Part shown: positions 54,286 through 63,758 of the stretch, one piece after another | Numbering within the stretch: the first letter of the stretch is position 1 | How the letters are laid out: every line of letters starts with the position of its first letter | Source of the DNA: an uncultured Candidatus Saccharibacteria bacterium | GTDB lineage: Bacteria > Patescibacteriota > Minisyncoccia > Phycocordibacterales > CAIZLB01 | Length of the DNA: 64,000 nt | Direction of reading: 5' to 3' | NCBI GenBank assembly: GCA_964550955.1 | Contig: CAZKAF010000001.1 | Span: 99,951 to 163,950, forward strand | Translations under genes and position numbers: made by a program | The notes under the pieces: generated by a model | Database searches by the model: none | The model's input: only the letters and a program-made list of their open reading frames with translations | What the model was told of the DNA's origin: nothing

Positions 54286-54588
54286 ATGGAATCAGGACCA
54301 AAACAACCGATAGAGTCAAATGAAGGAGTTTCTCAAAAGGAACAAATTCAAACAGTGCTGTCAGCGCTGAATGGGGCAAAATCCATGCCCGCGGGGAGCG
54401 AGCGCGACGCGTTCGTCCAAGAACAGTTTGATGCATTGGCTGGAGTCATTCCGCCTTCGATAAATAGGGCAATGGATGTGGGCGGCAGGAAAATCTGGCA
54501 ATTTATTGCACAAGGCGAAGGCTTCGATCTTTCAGTAAACGTGGTGGCCACGCAAGAATCAATAGTGGTTAATTGCGTGATGGATTAA
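54286..54588 (+). CDS. hypothetical protein
   Basis: 100-aa ORF. Confidence 0.4.
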   Translation: MESGPKQPIESNEGVSQKEQIQTVLSALNGAKSMPAGSERDAFVQEQFDALAGVIPPSINRAMDVGGRKIWQFIAQGEGFDLSVNVVATQESIVVNCVMD

Positions 54589-54657
54589 TTTGTTTAATCT
54601 TGTTCATTGCGTGCCGATGACGCGTCGGCGGGCCATTATCACATAATTCACAAATAT

Positions 54658-55080
54658 ATGTCTGAAACACAAATGTTTCCAGCGATACGATTCAATGACC
54701 AGAAATGCCGGGAGGCCATGGAGTTTTATAAAGATTGTTTTGGCGGGGAGCTTCAATTCATGACCGTCAAGGATAGTCCGATGGCGGCTGACATGCCGGA
54801 AGATGCGCATGGCCTTGTCATGCACTCGACTCTTAGGAACAATGGCTGGACGCTCGTCGGTTCCGACATGATGAGGGATCGCGCCGTAAGCGGCGACCAA
54901 GTCGGCGTCATGGTTGATTTTAAAAATGAATCTGAATTGCGAGCGGCCTTCGACAAGCTTGCGGTTGGCGGTGAAGTATTCATGCCGGTCGAGGACGCGT
55001 TCTGGGGAGCATTTTTCGGCGTACTGACCGACAAGTACGGAGTAGAATGGTCGCTTAACTGCACGAAGGTCCAGGGCTAG
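54658..55080 (+). CDS. VOC-family (glyoxalase/PhnB-like) protein
   Basis: FYKDCFGGEL...VMHSTLRNNGWTLVGSD...FWGAFFGVLTDKYGVEWSLNC. Confidence 0.65.
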   Translation: MSETQMFPAIRFNDQKCREAMEFYKDCFGGELQFMTVKDSPMAADMPEDAHGLVMHSTLRNNGWTLVGSDMMRDRAVSGDQVGVMVDFKNESELRAAFDKLAVGGEVFMPVEDAFWGAFFGVLTDKYGVEWSLNCTKVQG

Positions 55081-55108
55081 GGAGGGTTGATTGCATGGAC
55101 AAAACTAA

Positions 55109-55190
55109 AAGAACGTGGTATTAATACCACGTTCTTTTGCATAAAGGGTAACGGTCTTGAAAGGAGGCCTCGGTGTCCCGAACAATACAC
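55109..55190 (+). promoter_or_regulatory. conserved intergenic element, copy 2 (28-bp perfect palindrome + 35-nt motif)
   Basis: AAGAACGTGGTATTAATACCACGTTCTT (55109-36), 19-nt gap, then CTTGAAAGGAGGCCTCGGTGTCCCGAACAATACAC (55156-90), then 18 nt, then ATG. Confidence 0.55.
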
Positions 55191-55208
55191 TAAAACGGGT
55201 AAAATAAA

Positions 55209-55670
55209 ATGAAGGACGTTCGTTTTGAACAGCAGGGCAGTGTCGCCGTCTTGGTGCAAATCCAATGCGAATGCGGCAACAATGTCATGGAAAATGCCGA
55301 GAACGACGGAATGGCGTTCAAGCATGAGGTGTTCATGGGCAGCGGGAGGGAAGTTGAGTTGCACTGCGAGTGCGGCCGGGCGTACAAGCTGCGTCCGCAG
55401 AACGGGCATGTGCATGTCGCCGAGGCTCATCCTCCTATCCGTCCCGGCACGACGATCGTGACGACTGCTGAAAATGCTGATTTGTCAGGAGAATGGACCG
55501 GCGAGGCCAAGGCCGCCCGGAAGTGGGGAGTGAACGGTACGATTATCGGCCACCACGACTCCCATGGCTTGTGCTACGTTGTTCTTCACGAAGATGGATC
55601 CGAAGGGGTCTATAATCCCAGCGAGATTCGCATCGCAAAGAGGAAGAAACAAGGTCGCGACTCTGCTTAA
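55209..55670 (+). CDS. hypothetical Cys-rich (zinc-ribbon-like) protein
   Basis: CECG...HCECG pairs; 153 aa. Confidence 0.5.
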   Translation: MKDVRFEQQGSVAVLVQIQCECGNNVMENAENDGMAFKHEVFMGSGREVELHCECGRAYKLRPQNGHVHVAEAHPPIRPGTTIVTTAENADLSGEWTGEAKAARKWGVNGTIIGHHDSHGLCYVVLHEDGSEGVYNPSEIRIAKRKKQGRDSA

Positions 55671-55796
55671 GCTCTTAAGCTGCCAGCAGGCTGCGCCTCA
55701 AATGAAATTAATGTGCCATCCGAGATATTCTCGGATGGCATTTTCTATGCATGCGGGATGTTGCCCTGAACCGCCTTCGGGATTACCATTAGGGCC

Positions 55797-57080
55797 ATGG
55801 TTAGGAAAGCTTCAAAAAATAATGAAAATGCGGATGCGGATGAGGGCATGGATTTCGACAGCGAAACCCGGGCAATCGAGCCATTGGCATCGCGCATTCG
55901 GCCTTTGTCGCTCGACAGCTATGTCGGCCAAAGCCATTTGATAGGCGAAGGGAAGCCGCTTCGAATCGCCATCGAAAAAGGGCATATTTTTTCTTTCCTG
56001 CTCTGGGGTCCGCCCGGCGTCGGAAAAACTACGCTTGCGCGCATCTACGCGAATGCTGTCGACGCGGACATGCATGAACTTTCTGCGGTTTCGGCTGGCA
56101 AGGACGAGATGAGGGCGATAATAGAAGGAGACAAGGGTGTCAGGAAGAAATCGCTGTTTGAACTCGATGCGTCACGGCAAGCGTCCGGCAAGCGTCCTAA
56201 GATTTTATTTATCGATGAGATCCATCGTTTCAATAAGAGTCAGCAGGATTTTCTTTTGCCGTATGTCGAATCAGGCGCGATAACCTTGATTGGAGCGACG
56301 ACGGAGAATCCGAGCTTCGAAGTCATTTCAGCCTTGCTGTCGCGGTGCCGGGTATTCACTCTCACCGAATTGAACGAAGCCGAGATGTTGCAGATCATTG
56401 ACCGTGCTCTCAAGGATAAGAAGGGAAGGAGAGCGGCACTCAAGATGGATAAGAAGGCGAAGGAATGGCTTGTTGCCATGGCGAACGGAGATGCGAGGCA
56501 AGCCTTGGCCATGATCGAGTCTACCGAGCGGCTCTACGGAACCGTCACGGTCGAGACGCTCAAGGAAACGCTTCAGTCGAAGTTCCTGCGCTACGACAAG
56601 AAGGGCGAGGAGCATTACAATGCTATCTCCGCTTTTATAAAAAGCATGCGGGCCAGCCAGCCTGACGCTGCGCTCTATTATCTGGCCCGCATGCTCGACG
56701 CGGGCGAAGATCCTAAATTCATCGCAAGGCGCATGGTGATCTTCGCCAGCGAGGACATCGGCTTGGCCGTTCCAACTGCGCTGGTTGTCGCAAACGAAGT
56801 CTTCCGCGCGGTCGAGGTCATCGGTCTTCCGGAATGCCGGCTTAACCTGGCGCATGGCGTGGCGTACCTTGCGACCTGCAAGAAGAGCAGGGCCGTCTAC
56901 GACGGAATAGGAGCAGCCATGGAGGACGTGAAGGTTCATGGCAATCTGCCCATTCCGCTCAAGATTCGCAATGCGCCGACCAAGCTCATGAAGGAACTCG
57001 ACTACGGCAAGGGCTATGAAAAGTACACCAAGGAAGACCTGATGCCGGAAAAGCTCAAGGGCAGGAAGTATCTGCATTAG
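55797..57080 (+). CDS. rarA: replication-associated recombination protein A (RarA/MgsA), AAA+ ATPase
   Basis: VGQSHLIGEGKPLRIAIE...LWGPPGVGKTTLARI...ILFIDEIHRFNK. Confidence 0.9.
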   Translation: MVRKASKNNENADADEGMDFDSETRAIEPLASRIRPLSLDSYVGQSHLIGEGKPLRIAIEKGHIFSFLLWGPPGVGKTTLARIYANAVDADMHELSAVSAGKDEMRAIIEGDKGVRKKSLFELDASRQASGKRPKILFIDEIHRFNKSQQDFLLPYVESGAITLIGATTENPSFEVISALLSRCRVFTLTELNEAEMLQIIDRALKDKKGRRAALKMDKKAKEWLVAMANGDARQALAMIESTERLYGTVTVETLKETLQSKFLRYDKKGEEHYNAISAFIKSMRASQPDAALYYLARMLDAGEDPKFIARRMVIFASEDIGLAVPTALVVANEVFRAVEVIGLPECRLNLAHGVAYLATCKKSRAVYDGIGAAMEDVKVHGNLPIPLKIRNAPTKLMKELDYGKGYEKYTKEDLMPEKLKGRKYLH

Positions 57081-57151
57081 GGCTTGATATCAACACGCTG
57101 ATTCGGCTCTGGTTTCGTTTTTTTATTTTATATCAATAAGAAGAGGTATTC

Positions 57152-57748
57152 TTATAATCCTCGAGCTTTCCATGCCTCTTTCATCCTTTCCATCTTTTCA
57201 AGCGCCGGACCTGTCCGCGAAGGGTCGACGTTCCGCTTCATGGCATCAATGAATCCTTGCGCGCCGATCAGGTCGGTACCTGCTTTGATTTTCTGCTCAT
57301 TGCCCTTAAGAACGATCGTGCTTGTCCATGTGCCGAAGCTGACGCTGGTCACGTCTTTCCAGTGCAGGGCCGAATATGCGCCATACATGTCCCAGCCTTC
57401 GATCTTGTCGTCATCGTATCGAATCATCATGTTGCGTCCGGAGAGAACCATCCACATGCCGAGCAGGATAAACAACATGAAAAAAGCCGAGAGGAAGATA
57501 AAGAATATGACAAAAGGCGGCTGGTCTGAGACGTTTTTTAAACGAAGAAAAATCCCTATCTCGACGGCCAGGCAAAAGACAATCAGTGCCCAGCCGATCG
57601 CTCCGTAGATTTTGCCGTGCTTCAAGACCTTTAGCCCGTCTACATTCGGGGCAACCTCAAGCTTTGATTTTTCATCCATGTTTTTTGACAGGGCGCCAAG
57701 AAGCGACATGGTAAGATTCGTGGCAACTGATCCATTTTTTGGTTTCAT
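57152..57748 (-). CDS. hypothetical membrane protein
   Basis: Two TM helices in the central region; 198 aa. Confidence 0.45.
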   Translation of the reverse strand: MKPKNGSVATNLTMSLLGALSKNMDEKSKLEVAPNVDGLKVLKHGKIYGAIGWALIVFCLAVEIGIFLRLKNVSDQPPFVIFFIFLSAFFMLFILLGMWMVLSGRNMMIRYDDDKIEGWDMYGAYSALHWKDVTSVSFGTWTSTIVLKGNEQKIKAGTDLIGAQGFIDAMKRNVDPSRTGPALEKMERMKEAWKARGL

Positions 57749-57776
57749 GAATGAATTATACGCAACTTGCGAAGAT

Positions 57777-58148
57777 TTACGACTTTCTTAAAATTTTCTC
57801 CATCGCTTTTCCTTTTGCCAGCTCATCTATCAGCTTGTCCAGATATCGAATTTCCCGCATGAGGGAATCGTTGATTTCCTCTATCCGAACGCCGCAGATC
57901 ACGCCGGTAATAAGGCTTCTTGAAGAATTCAGTTGAGGGGCTTCGGCGAAGAACGTCTCAAAGTCAGTTTCTTCTTTCAGGCGCGACTCAAGCTGTTTTT
58001 GGCTGTATCCGGTCAGCCATCGGATGACCTCGTCGACTTCTTTCTTCGTCCGTCCTTTTTTCTCCGCTTTGGCAATATAAAAAGGATAAATGCGTGCGAA
58101 GCTTGTTGCATAGATGCGATGTTTTGTTGCGGCGGATGATTGCTTCAT
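57777..58148 (-). CDS. DUF2200-family protein
   Basis: [39 protein letters not shown]. Confidence 0.5.
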   Translation of the reverse strand: MKQSSAATKHRIYATSFARIYPFYIAKAEKKGRTKKEVDEVIRWLTGYSQKQLESRLKEETDFETFFAEAPQLNSSRSLITGVICGVRIEEINDSLMREIRYLDKLIDELAKGKAMEKILRKS

Positions 58149-58459
58149 GATTTCTTTTTAGATTTTTTGCCGAGCATGTACTTCTGCGACGGACTGACCG
58201 GCTTGTCCGATCGGTGAACGCAGCCCATCCAGCAGCACGGACGGCGTTTTCCGTCCATGAGTTCCGTGACCGCTCTCTCAACATGCTGGTCCCTGGTCTC
58301 TTGCTGCTTGACTGACACGACCCAGCAAATCCATTCATTGCGGGCGAGCGGCGTGATGCTTTCCCACATCTTGAGAGCGCCCGATTCAGCGGCAAGGGCT
58401 TTGCGCAAATCTGCAGGCAGCTTGTGCGCGGTGCCGCCTGAAATTTCTTTTTTTGACAT
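58145..58459 (-). CDS. YdeI/OmpD-associated family protein
   Basis: [13 protein letters not shown] motif; 4-nt overlap with the downstream gene. Confidence 0.5.
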   Translation of the reverse strand: MSKKEISGGTAHKLPADLRKALAAESGALKMWESITPLARNEWICWVVSVKQQETRDQHVERAVTELMDGKRRPCCWMGCVHRSDKPVSPSQKYMLGKKSKKKS

Positions 58460-58628
58460 GCAGTCATTTTAGCAAAATACGCTTCATTTTGAAACGCTCG
58501 CGCGGAGAGGAGATATGGCTGACGGGAGAGACGGTTGGCGCCGGAACGGGAATGCCTTGATGATATTGACTAAGGAAAATGACGTGATATAAATACGTCA
58601 CGTTCTTTCACGTTTCAATTCAACCAAC

Positions 58629-58916
58629 TTGGAAAAAGATATTATGGACAAAAATTCAAAATGGATGGCGATTTCGGGGTTTGCCGGGCTGTCTCTCTTC
58701 TTGATTGCGAATTTCACCAATCTGTTTGCGGGATCAAGCGTCTTGGCCGGATGTCTTCAGCTGGCCGTCAATGCTTTCGTGTTTTTTGTCTGGACGAAGG
58801 CGTTCATGCAAAGCTCCGGTTTCAAAAAGTTCGTGGCCTTCTTCGGAGTAATTGTGCCTGTCATGATGGCGGGCATAACGATCTTTCGGGTACTCATTCC
58901 TGCAATTATTCGCTAG
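58629..58916 (+). CDS. small membrane protein
   Basis: 95 aa, three hydrophobic helices. Confidence 0.4.
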   Translation: MEKDIMDKNSKWMAISGFAGLSLFLIANFTNLFAGSSVLAGCLQLAVNAFVFFVWTKAFMQSSGFKKFVAFFGVIVPVMMAGITIFRVLIPAIIR

Positions 58917-58994
58917 GCTTAGTTTTTCGGCATAAGCTTTCTGCGCATCCCATGAGACCCTCCACAGCTCCCGGGCTTAATTAGACAGATTACT

Positions 58995-59075
58995 AAGAAC
59001 GTGGTATTAATACCACGTTCTTTAATTAGCGGGCAGAGGCCTTGAAAGGAGGCCTCGGTGTCCCGAACAATACAC
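58995..59075 (+). promoter_or_regulatory. conserved intergenic element, copy 3 (28-bp perfect palindrome + 35-nt motif)
   Basis: Identical palindrome (58995-59022), 18-nt gap, identical 35-nt motif (59041-75), then 18 nt, then ATG 59094. Confidence 0.55.
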
Positions 59076-59093
59076 CGAAAAGGATAAGGTAAC

Positions 59094-59357
59094 ATGAAAG
59101 TGCTGATATCAGATCATCAATGGTGCGAGGGTCATGCCCGGTTTGGGGATGACGGATGGAAGTGCAAGACTACCGGTGCCGAAATTGTCGCGACGACAGT
59201 GGGGCGCTCTCTGCATGACGGGCCGTTCCCGCTTTCCGGCAGCGGGCGAGTCGTTGATGTCCTGCATCTGCATTGCCCCGCATGCCAGCCTGACTGGAAA
59301 AAGCCGAACCATGGTACCCCGGTCAAGCCTGAGCAGATTGCCAACGTGTCGGGCTAG
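59094..59357 (+). CDS. small Cys/His-rich hypothetical protein
   Basis: CEGH...C.C...HLHCPAC; 87 aa. Confidence 0.45.
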   Translation: MKVLISDHQWCEGHARFGDDGWKCKTTGAEIVATTVGRSLHDGPFPLSGSGRVVDVLHLHCPACQPDWKKPNHGTPVKPEQIANVSG

Positions 59358-59536
59358 CATCCAGCCCATTGCCGTCTCCGGTCGCGAAAGAGGAAAACCT
59401 CTGTCGCGATGCGGCGGCGGTTTTCTTTTTTTTTCATTCCAGCTTTCGAGTCCGTGCCGCCTTTGCGGCAGCTTTCCGCTCGACTGGACATTTGGTTTCG
59501 GTATAGTACTCTTTTTTCAGGCAAGGCACATTAACA

Positions 59537-60646
59537 GTGTCAGAACAAACAGCTCAAGAAAGGAACACGAAACACATGAATACAGCGCTTTCAACTCCGT
59601 CCGACAAGGTACGGGCTTTGTGGCAAAAGGCCAATTCGCTTTGCGGATGCATGGCTCATATCAGGACCGTCAGCGGACGCCGCCGGTTTCCGGAAGGATT
59701 CGAAGAGGAGGAGCCCTTTCGGGTAAGGGATGATTTCGCCGCCGACGAGGCGAAGCTGCTTTCCAGCAAGACCCTTCGTCTCGCCGAACGCAAGACGCAG
59801 GTCTTCACTCTTCCGCACAACAAGCTGGTGCGCACGCGGCGCACCCATACGGACGAGGTGATAGCCATCTCGGTCATAGCGGCGGAAATGCTCGGGCTCA
59901 ACACGGGCCTGGTGCGAGCGGCTGCCATCGGTCACGACATCGGCCATGTGCCGTTCGGTCATCAGGGGGAGGAATGGATGGCCAGCCGCATGGGAAGGCC
60001 TGAATTCTGCCATGAAGTCATGGGCGTAATCGTCGCTCAGAAAATCGAGCGGGCGGGCGCGGGACTGAATCTCACGTTTCAGACTCTGGATGCCATGCAT
60101 CGCCATAGCGGAAACAGGGTTTCGTCCGGAATGACCCCCGAGGCGTGGGTGTTGCGGTATTGCGACAAGGTCGCGTATCTTTTCGCGGATTACAACGACA
60201 TCTTCGTCCGGGCAAAGTTCGCCCGCATCAAGGAATTGGACGATCTCGTCAATGAGTTCGGCGAGAATCAGCGGCAGCGCTCAAGCACTGCCATCGCGGC
60301 TCTCATTGTCGAATCGAGCGAGCTGAAAAAAGTCTCGTTCGAGCAATCCGAATGGGGAAGGAAGTTTCAGCGAATCAGGACGCTGATGTACGGGGTTTAT
60401 CCTCGCGTCACGCAGCAGGATGTCGGATCCGTCCTCGGGCCGGTGCTTGATTTTCTTCAGAACTTGGGGCACGGCGATCCGTTTCTTCTGCTCGCGCTCA
60501 TGACTGACGAGGACGTGATGTCCATCGCGTCATGCCAGGTGAAGGATTTCGGATGCCTCACGCGTACTTCGGCGGGCGAAATCATTCCTCATCTGGAACA
60601 GATCGGCCGCGTTGACCTGTGCGACCTTGATCTTTCCTGGCGATGA
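59537..60646 (+). CDS. HD-domain phosphohydrolase, dGTP triphosphohydrolase-like
   Basis: RTHTDEV...HDIGHVPFGHQGE. An alternative start at 59576 is possible. Confidence 0.7.
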   Translation: MSEQTAQERNTKHMNTALSTPSDKVRALWQKANSLCGCMAHIRTVSGRRRFPEGFEEEEPFRVRDDFAADEAKLLSSKTLRLAERKTQVFTLPHNKLVRTRRTHTDEVIAISVIAAEMLGLNTGLVRAAAIGHDIGHVPFGHQGEEWMASRMGRPEFCHEVMGVIVAQKIERAGAGLNLTFQTLDAMHRHSGNRVSSGMTPEAWVLRYCDKVAYLFADYNDIFVRAKFARIKELDDLVNEFGENQRQRSSTAIAALIVESSELKKVSFEQSEWGRKFQRIRTLMYGVYPRVTQQDVGSVLGPVLDFLQNLGHGDPFLLLALMTDEDVMSIASCQVKDFGCLTRTSAGEIIPHLEQIGRVDLCDLDLSWR

Positions 60647-60765
60647 GGCCGGGTCAGGGAGCTCTGATGCGAACACCCCCGCAGACGCAATGTCTGCGGG
60701 GGATTCTTAATTGCCGTGGCGGGGCATTTGCGACCTCGCGCATGCAAGCGGAAATATGATATTGT

Positions 60766-61437
60766 TTGAATATGAAAAGAATATATTTTGTCCGCCACGG
60801 CGAAAGCACCGGAAATGTCGGCGATTTCAGGCAGGGACCGGACACGCCCTTGTCGGAAGAAGGGGAACGCCAGGCGAAAATCGTCGCTCAAAGATTCAAG
60901 GATATCGAAATAGACAAGATACTGGTCAGCACGTATCTTCGGGCCAAGCAGACGGCCGGGCACATCAACGCCGTTCTTGGCAAGGAGATAGAATATTCGG
61001 ATCTGCTCGTCGAAAGGATCAAGCCCACGAAAGTGGTCGGCACGCATAGGGACGACCCCGAGGCATTGCTGATTGACAAGATGAACAGGGAAAACTTTCA
61101 CGATCCGGATTTCAAGTTCGAAGACGGGGAGACTTTCGCGGAAATGAAGAAAAGGGCTTCGGACCTGATTGCTCGTCTCAAGGAGATGCCCGAGGAAAAC
61201 ATATTGTGCGTGTCTCACGGAATTTTCCTCAGAATGGTCCTGGCATGCGTCATCCTCGGAGAATCGCTCACGTCCCATGAATATTGGAATTTTTATACGA
61301 ACGTGTCCCTTGCCAATACGGGAATCACCCTGTTTGAAGAATCCGCGAAAAATGGCGAATCAAGGCTGAAATTGAAAATCTGGGGAGACGTGGCGCATCT
61401 TGGCATCGTCGGCATCCGGAGCGGGGATTCCTGGTAA
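60766..61437 (+). CDS. histidine phosphatase family protein (phosphoglycerate-mutase-like)
   Basis: RHGESTGN catalytic motif; C-terminal SHG. Confidence 0.8.
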   Translation: MNMKRIYFVRHGESTGNVGDFRQGPDTPLSEEGERQAKIVAQRFKDIEIDKILVSTYLRAKQTAGHINAVLGKEIEYSDLLVERIKPTKVVGTHRDDPEALLIDKMNRENFHDPDFKFEDGETFAEMKKRASDLIARLKEMPEENILCVSHGIFLRMVLACVILGESLTSHEYWNFYTNVSLANTGITLFEESAKNGESRLKLKIWGDVAHLGIVGIRSGDSW

Positions 61438-61547
61438 GCGGCAAGCTGCGGCTTGCGCCCGTTGACATCGCGCTTTTAAGGCATATACTCTTTCCAGCAA
61501 ATTCTTTCAACGCGAACAGAACAAACACAACAGGAGGAAAACCACGC

Positions 61548-62072
61548 ATGAATATTGAGACATCGGTGCCGGAGGCCCCGGCTAAGGCAATCGTGATACC
61601 GCAGGAGGATCAAGGCAGGCTGGACGAATGGATTCGATTCTTCAGGAATCTTTCTCCCCGAATCAGGGTCGTTCAGCCGAAAGACGGCGACTTCGGCCAA
61701 TTCTACGAGGCTTCGTTCGGCAAGCTGCGAAAGCTTCTCGGCGGTCTTGGGCGCGAGGAAGGCGGGCTCATTCGCGGCTGGCCCGAAAAGGAGCGCATCG
61801 CCTTCGGGGTCGCCTGCGATTCCGCTTTGCCCGGTTCCTCGCCAGCCGCCTACGGAACTGGCGATATCTGGATGTTCTGCTTCGGCAATCGGGCATTCAG
61901 CCTCAATCATTTTGAGGGCGATGCAGATCCTGAGAACAATCACTTTCCCGGCACGTACTCGCTTGGCGGGTACGCGGGCGAGCTGCTGGAATGGGCATTC
62001 ATTGCCGATCTTGTCATCGACAAGGTCAGGGGCTTGGAAGATCAGGTTCCGCAGCTTGCCGGAGCGGCATGA
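61548..62072 (+). CDS. hypothetical protein
   Basis: 174-aa ORF preceded by AGGAGG. Confidence 0.45.
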   Translation: MNIETSVPEAPAKAIVIPQEDQGRLDEWIRFFRNLSPRIRVVQPKDGDFGQFYEASFGKLRKLLGGLGREEGGLIRGWPEKERIAFGVACDSALPGSSPAAYGTGDIWMFCFGNRAFSLNHFEGDADPENNHFPGTYSLGGYAGELLEWAFIADLVIDKVRGLEDQVPQLAGAA

Positions 62073-62136
62073 GCGGAACGGGCGCCATCGAAAGATGGCG
62101 CTTTTCTTTTTGGCACATTCCCGAATTTTATATACA

Positions 62137-62787
62137 ATGCCTGTGATGAATATTTCAAAAAAGCTCTTGTTCTGGTCAGGCGTCGTCCTGTTCGCCGCGG
62201 CGTGCGCATATTTCTATTCCGCGAGGGAAAGAGGAAACGTGACTGACTTGGCGAACTATCCGCCTCAAAGCCCGACGGTGGTCGCGTTCGGAGACAGCCT
62301 CACGTTCGGCTTCGGCTCGACGAAAGGCAATGACTTCGTGACGCTGCTGTCGAGCAGGATGGGAATTCCCATAGCGAACAGGGGCGTGCCTGGCGACACG
62401 ACGGTGGCGGCGCTTGGCCGCATAGACAGCATTCTCGCGCTGAACCCCGGCGTGACGATAGTTTACCTGGGCGGAAATGATTTCCTGCGAAGAGTTCCCA
62501 TAGATGAGACGTTCGGCGCGCTGGAAACTATCGTCATGAAGCTTCAGGAGCAAGGCTCCGTTGTCGTTCTGGTCGGCATCCGGGGAGGATTGATCAATGA
62601 TCAGTATGCCCGAAGGTTCGAGGACTTGTCGAAGAAATACAAGGCGCTGTACGTTCCGGACCTGATGTTCAGCATCATCGGCCAAAAAGACCAGATGCAC
62701 GACTCCATACACCCGAACGATGCAGGGTACGCAAGGATTGCCGAGAGCATTTATGAAAGGATGAAATTCCTTTTTCCGAAAGATTGA
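62137..62787 (+). CDS. SGNH/GDSL hydrolase (arylesterase/TesA-like), secreted
   Basis: VVAFGDSLTFGFGS block I; N-terminal signal. ATG 62137 is in frame with the longer track ORF 61747. Confidence 0.75.
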   Translation: MPVMNISKKLLFWSGVVLFAAACAYFYSARERGNVTDLANYPPQSPTVVAFGDSLTFGFGSTKGNDFVTLLSSRMGIPIANRGVPGDTTVAALGRIDSILALNPGVTIVYLGGNDFLRRVPIDETFGALETIVMKLQEQGSVVVLVGIRGGLINDQYARRFEDLSKKYKALYVPDLMFSIIGQKDQMHDSIHPNDAGYARIAESIYERMKFLFPKD

Positions 62788-62793
62788 TATACT

Positions 62794-63270
62794 GTGAGCA
62801 TGCTAAATAAAAAAGTATATATTCCGGTCCTGATCGCGCTCGCCGCGACGGCAGGATTCCTGGCATTCAGGTCATTGAGAGGCGAAGGGAAGGCGCGAAT
62901 CGCCCCGGAGGAAGTCGTTCGGACGTTCTATTCGGCTTACGTTGCCTCCATCGATGCGTCTCCTCTTGATCCAAGATACGATCAGCCGGGCCTGGTCACC
63001 GAGCATTTCATTGAAAGCCAGAGAGCGCTGAGGCACAACCCAGATCCTGATGAAATCGGTTTGGGGTATGATCCCGTGTCATGCGCGCAGGATGCTCCGC
63101 ATGCCGACTTGAAAGGCGTGCGAATCTCGACGACGCGTCAAGATGCGACGTCGGCTCGAGTTGCGGCCGCGATGAATGGCTATTCGTATTATCCTCAGTT
63201 CGGCTTGATAAAAAACGGCAGCTCTTGGACGATCGATTCCATTGAATGCGTCCTTTCGGAAGATTTTTAA
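62794..63270 (+). CDS. hypothetical secreted protein
   Basis: N-terminal signal/TM, 158 aa. Confidence 0.45.
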   Translation: MSMLNKKVYIPVLIALAATAGFLAFRSLRGEGKARIAPEEVVRTFYSAYVASIDASPLDPRYDQPGLVTEHFIESQRALRHNPDPDEIGLGYDPVSCAQDAPHADLKGVRISTTRQDATSARVAAAMNGYSYYPQFGLIKNGSSWTIDSIECVLSEDF

Positions 63271-63370
63271 ATGACTCTTGCCATTGCAATTTTATCGGCG
63301 TATAGTATTTATTGGCATCCAACAACGGGTGCCATTGAACATCAACAAGCGTACATTGGAGGATAATTGT

Positions 63371-63586
63371 ATGGCTCGTAAAAGAAGCAAGAACAAAAAC
63401 AAGAGGAAGAAAGTGTTAAACGACCAGGATATCTGGAGGCTCTGCCTGCCCGATCCGTGGAAGGGCAGCAAGCTGCTCAAGCCTGCAGGCGCCTGCGCCA
63501 GCATGAGAGGCCTTGGCGATAACCCCCGCGCAGTTGACGGGCTTCCGCGACAAAATTGCCGCGCCGTGCGCGTTTTCTCCCGATAA
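63371..63586 (+). CDS. small basic hypothetical protein
   Basis: MARKRSKNKNKRKK... AGGA lies upstream; a terminator follows. Confidence 0.35.
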   Translation: MARKRSKNKNKRKKVLNDQDIWRLCLPDPWKGSKLLKPAGACASMRGLGDNPRAVDGLPRQNCRAVRVFSR

Positions 63587-63619
63587 CGGGGAATGCTCGC
63601 CGGATTTAAATAACGACCC

Positions 63620-63652
63620 ACCCACGGAAAATCCGCGCAGGTGGGTTTTCTT
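63620..63652 (+). terminator. rho-independent terminator
   Basis: CCCACC...GGTGGG hairpin followed by TTTTCTTTTTT. Confidence 0.5.
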
Positions 63653-63758
63653 TTTTCATTCACGGATATATGAAAAGCCTATGAACTCGGTAAGATAGCC
63701 AGGCCGCGAGCGTCTTATATAGCGTGTAAGGAATTATTAATAGCGTAACGAATATATC

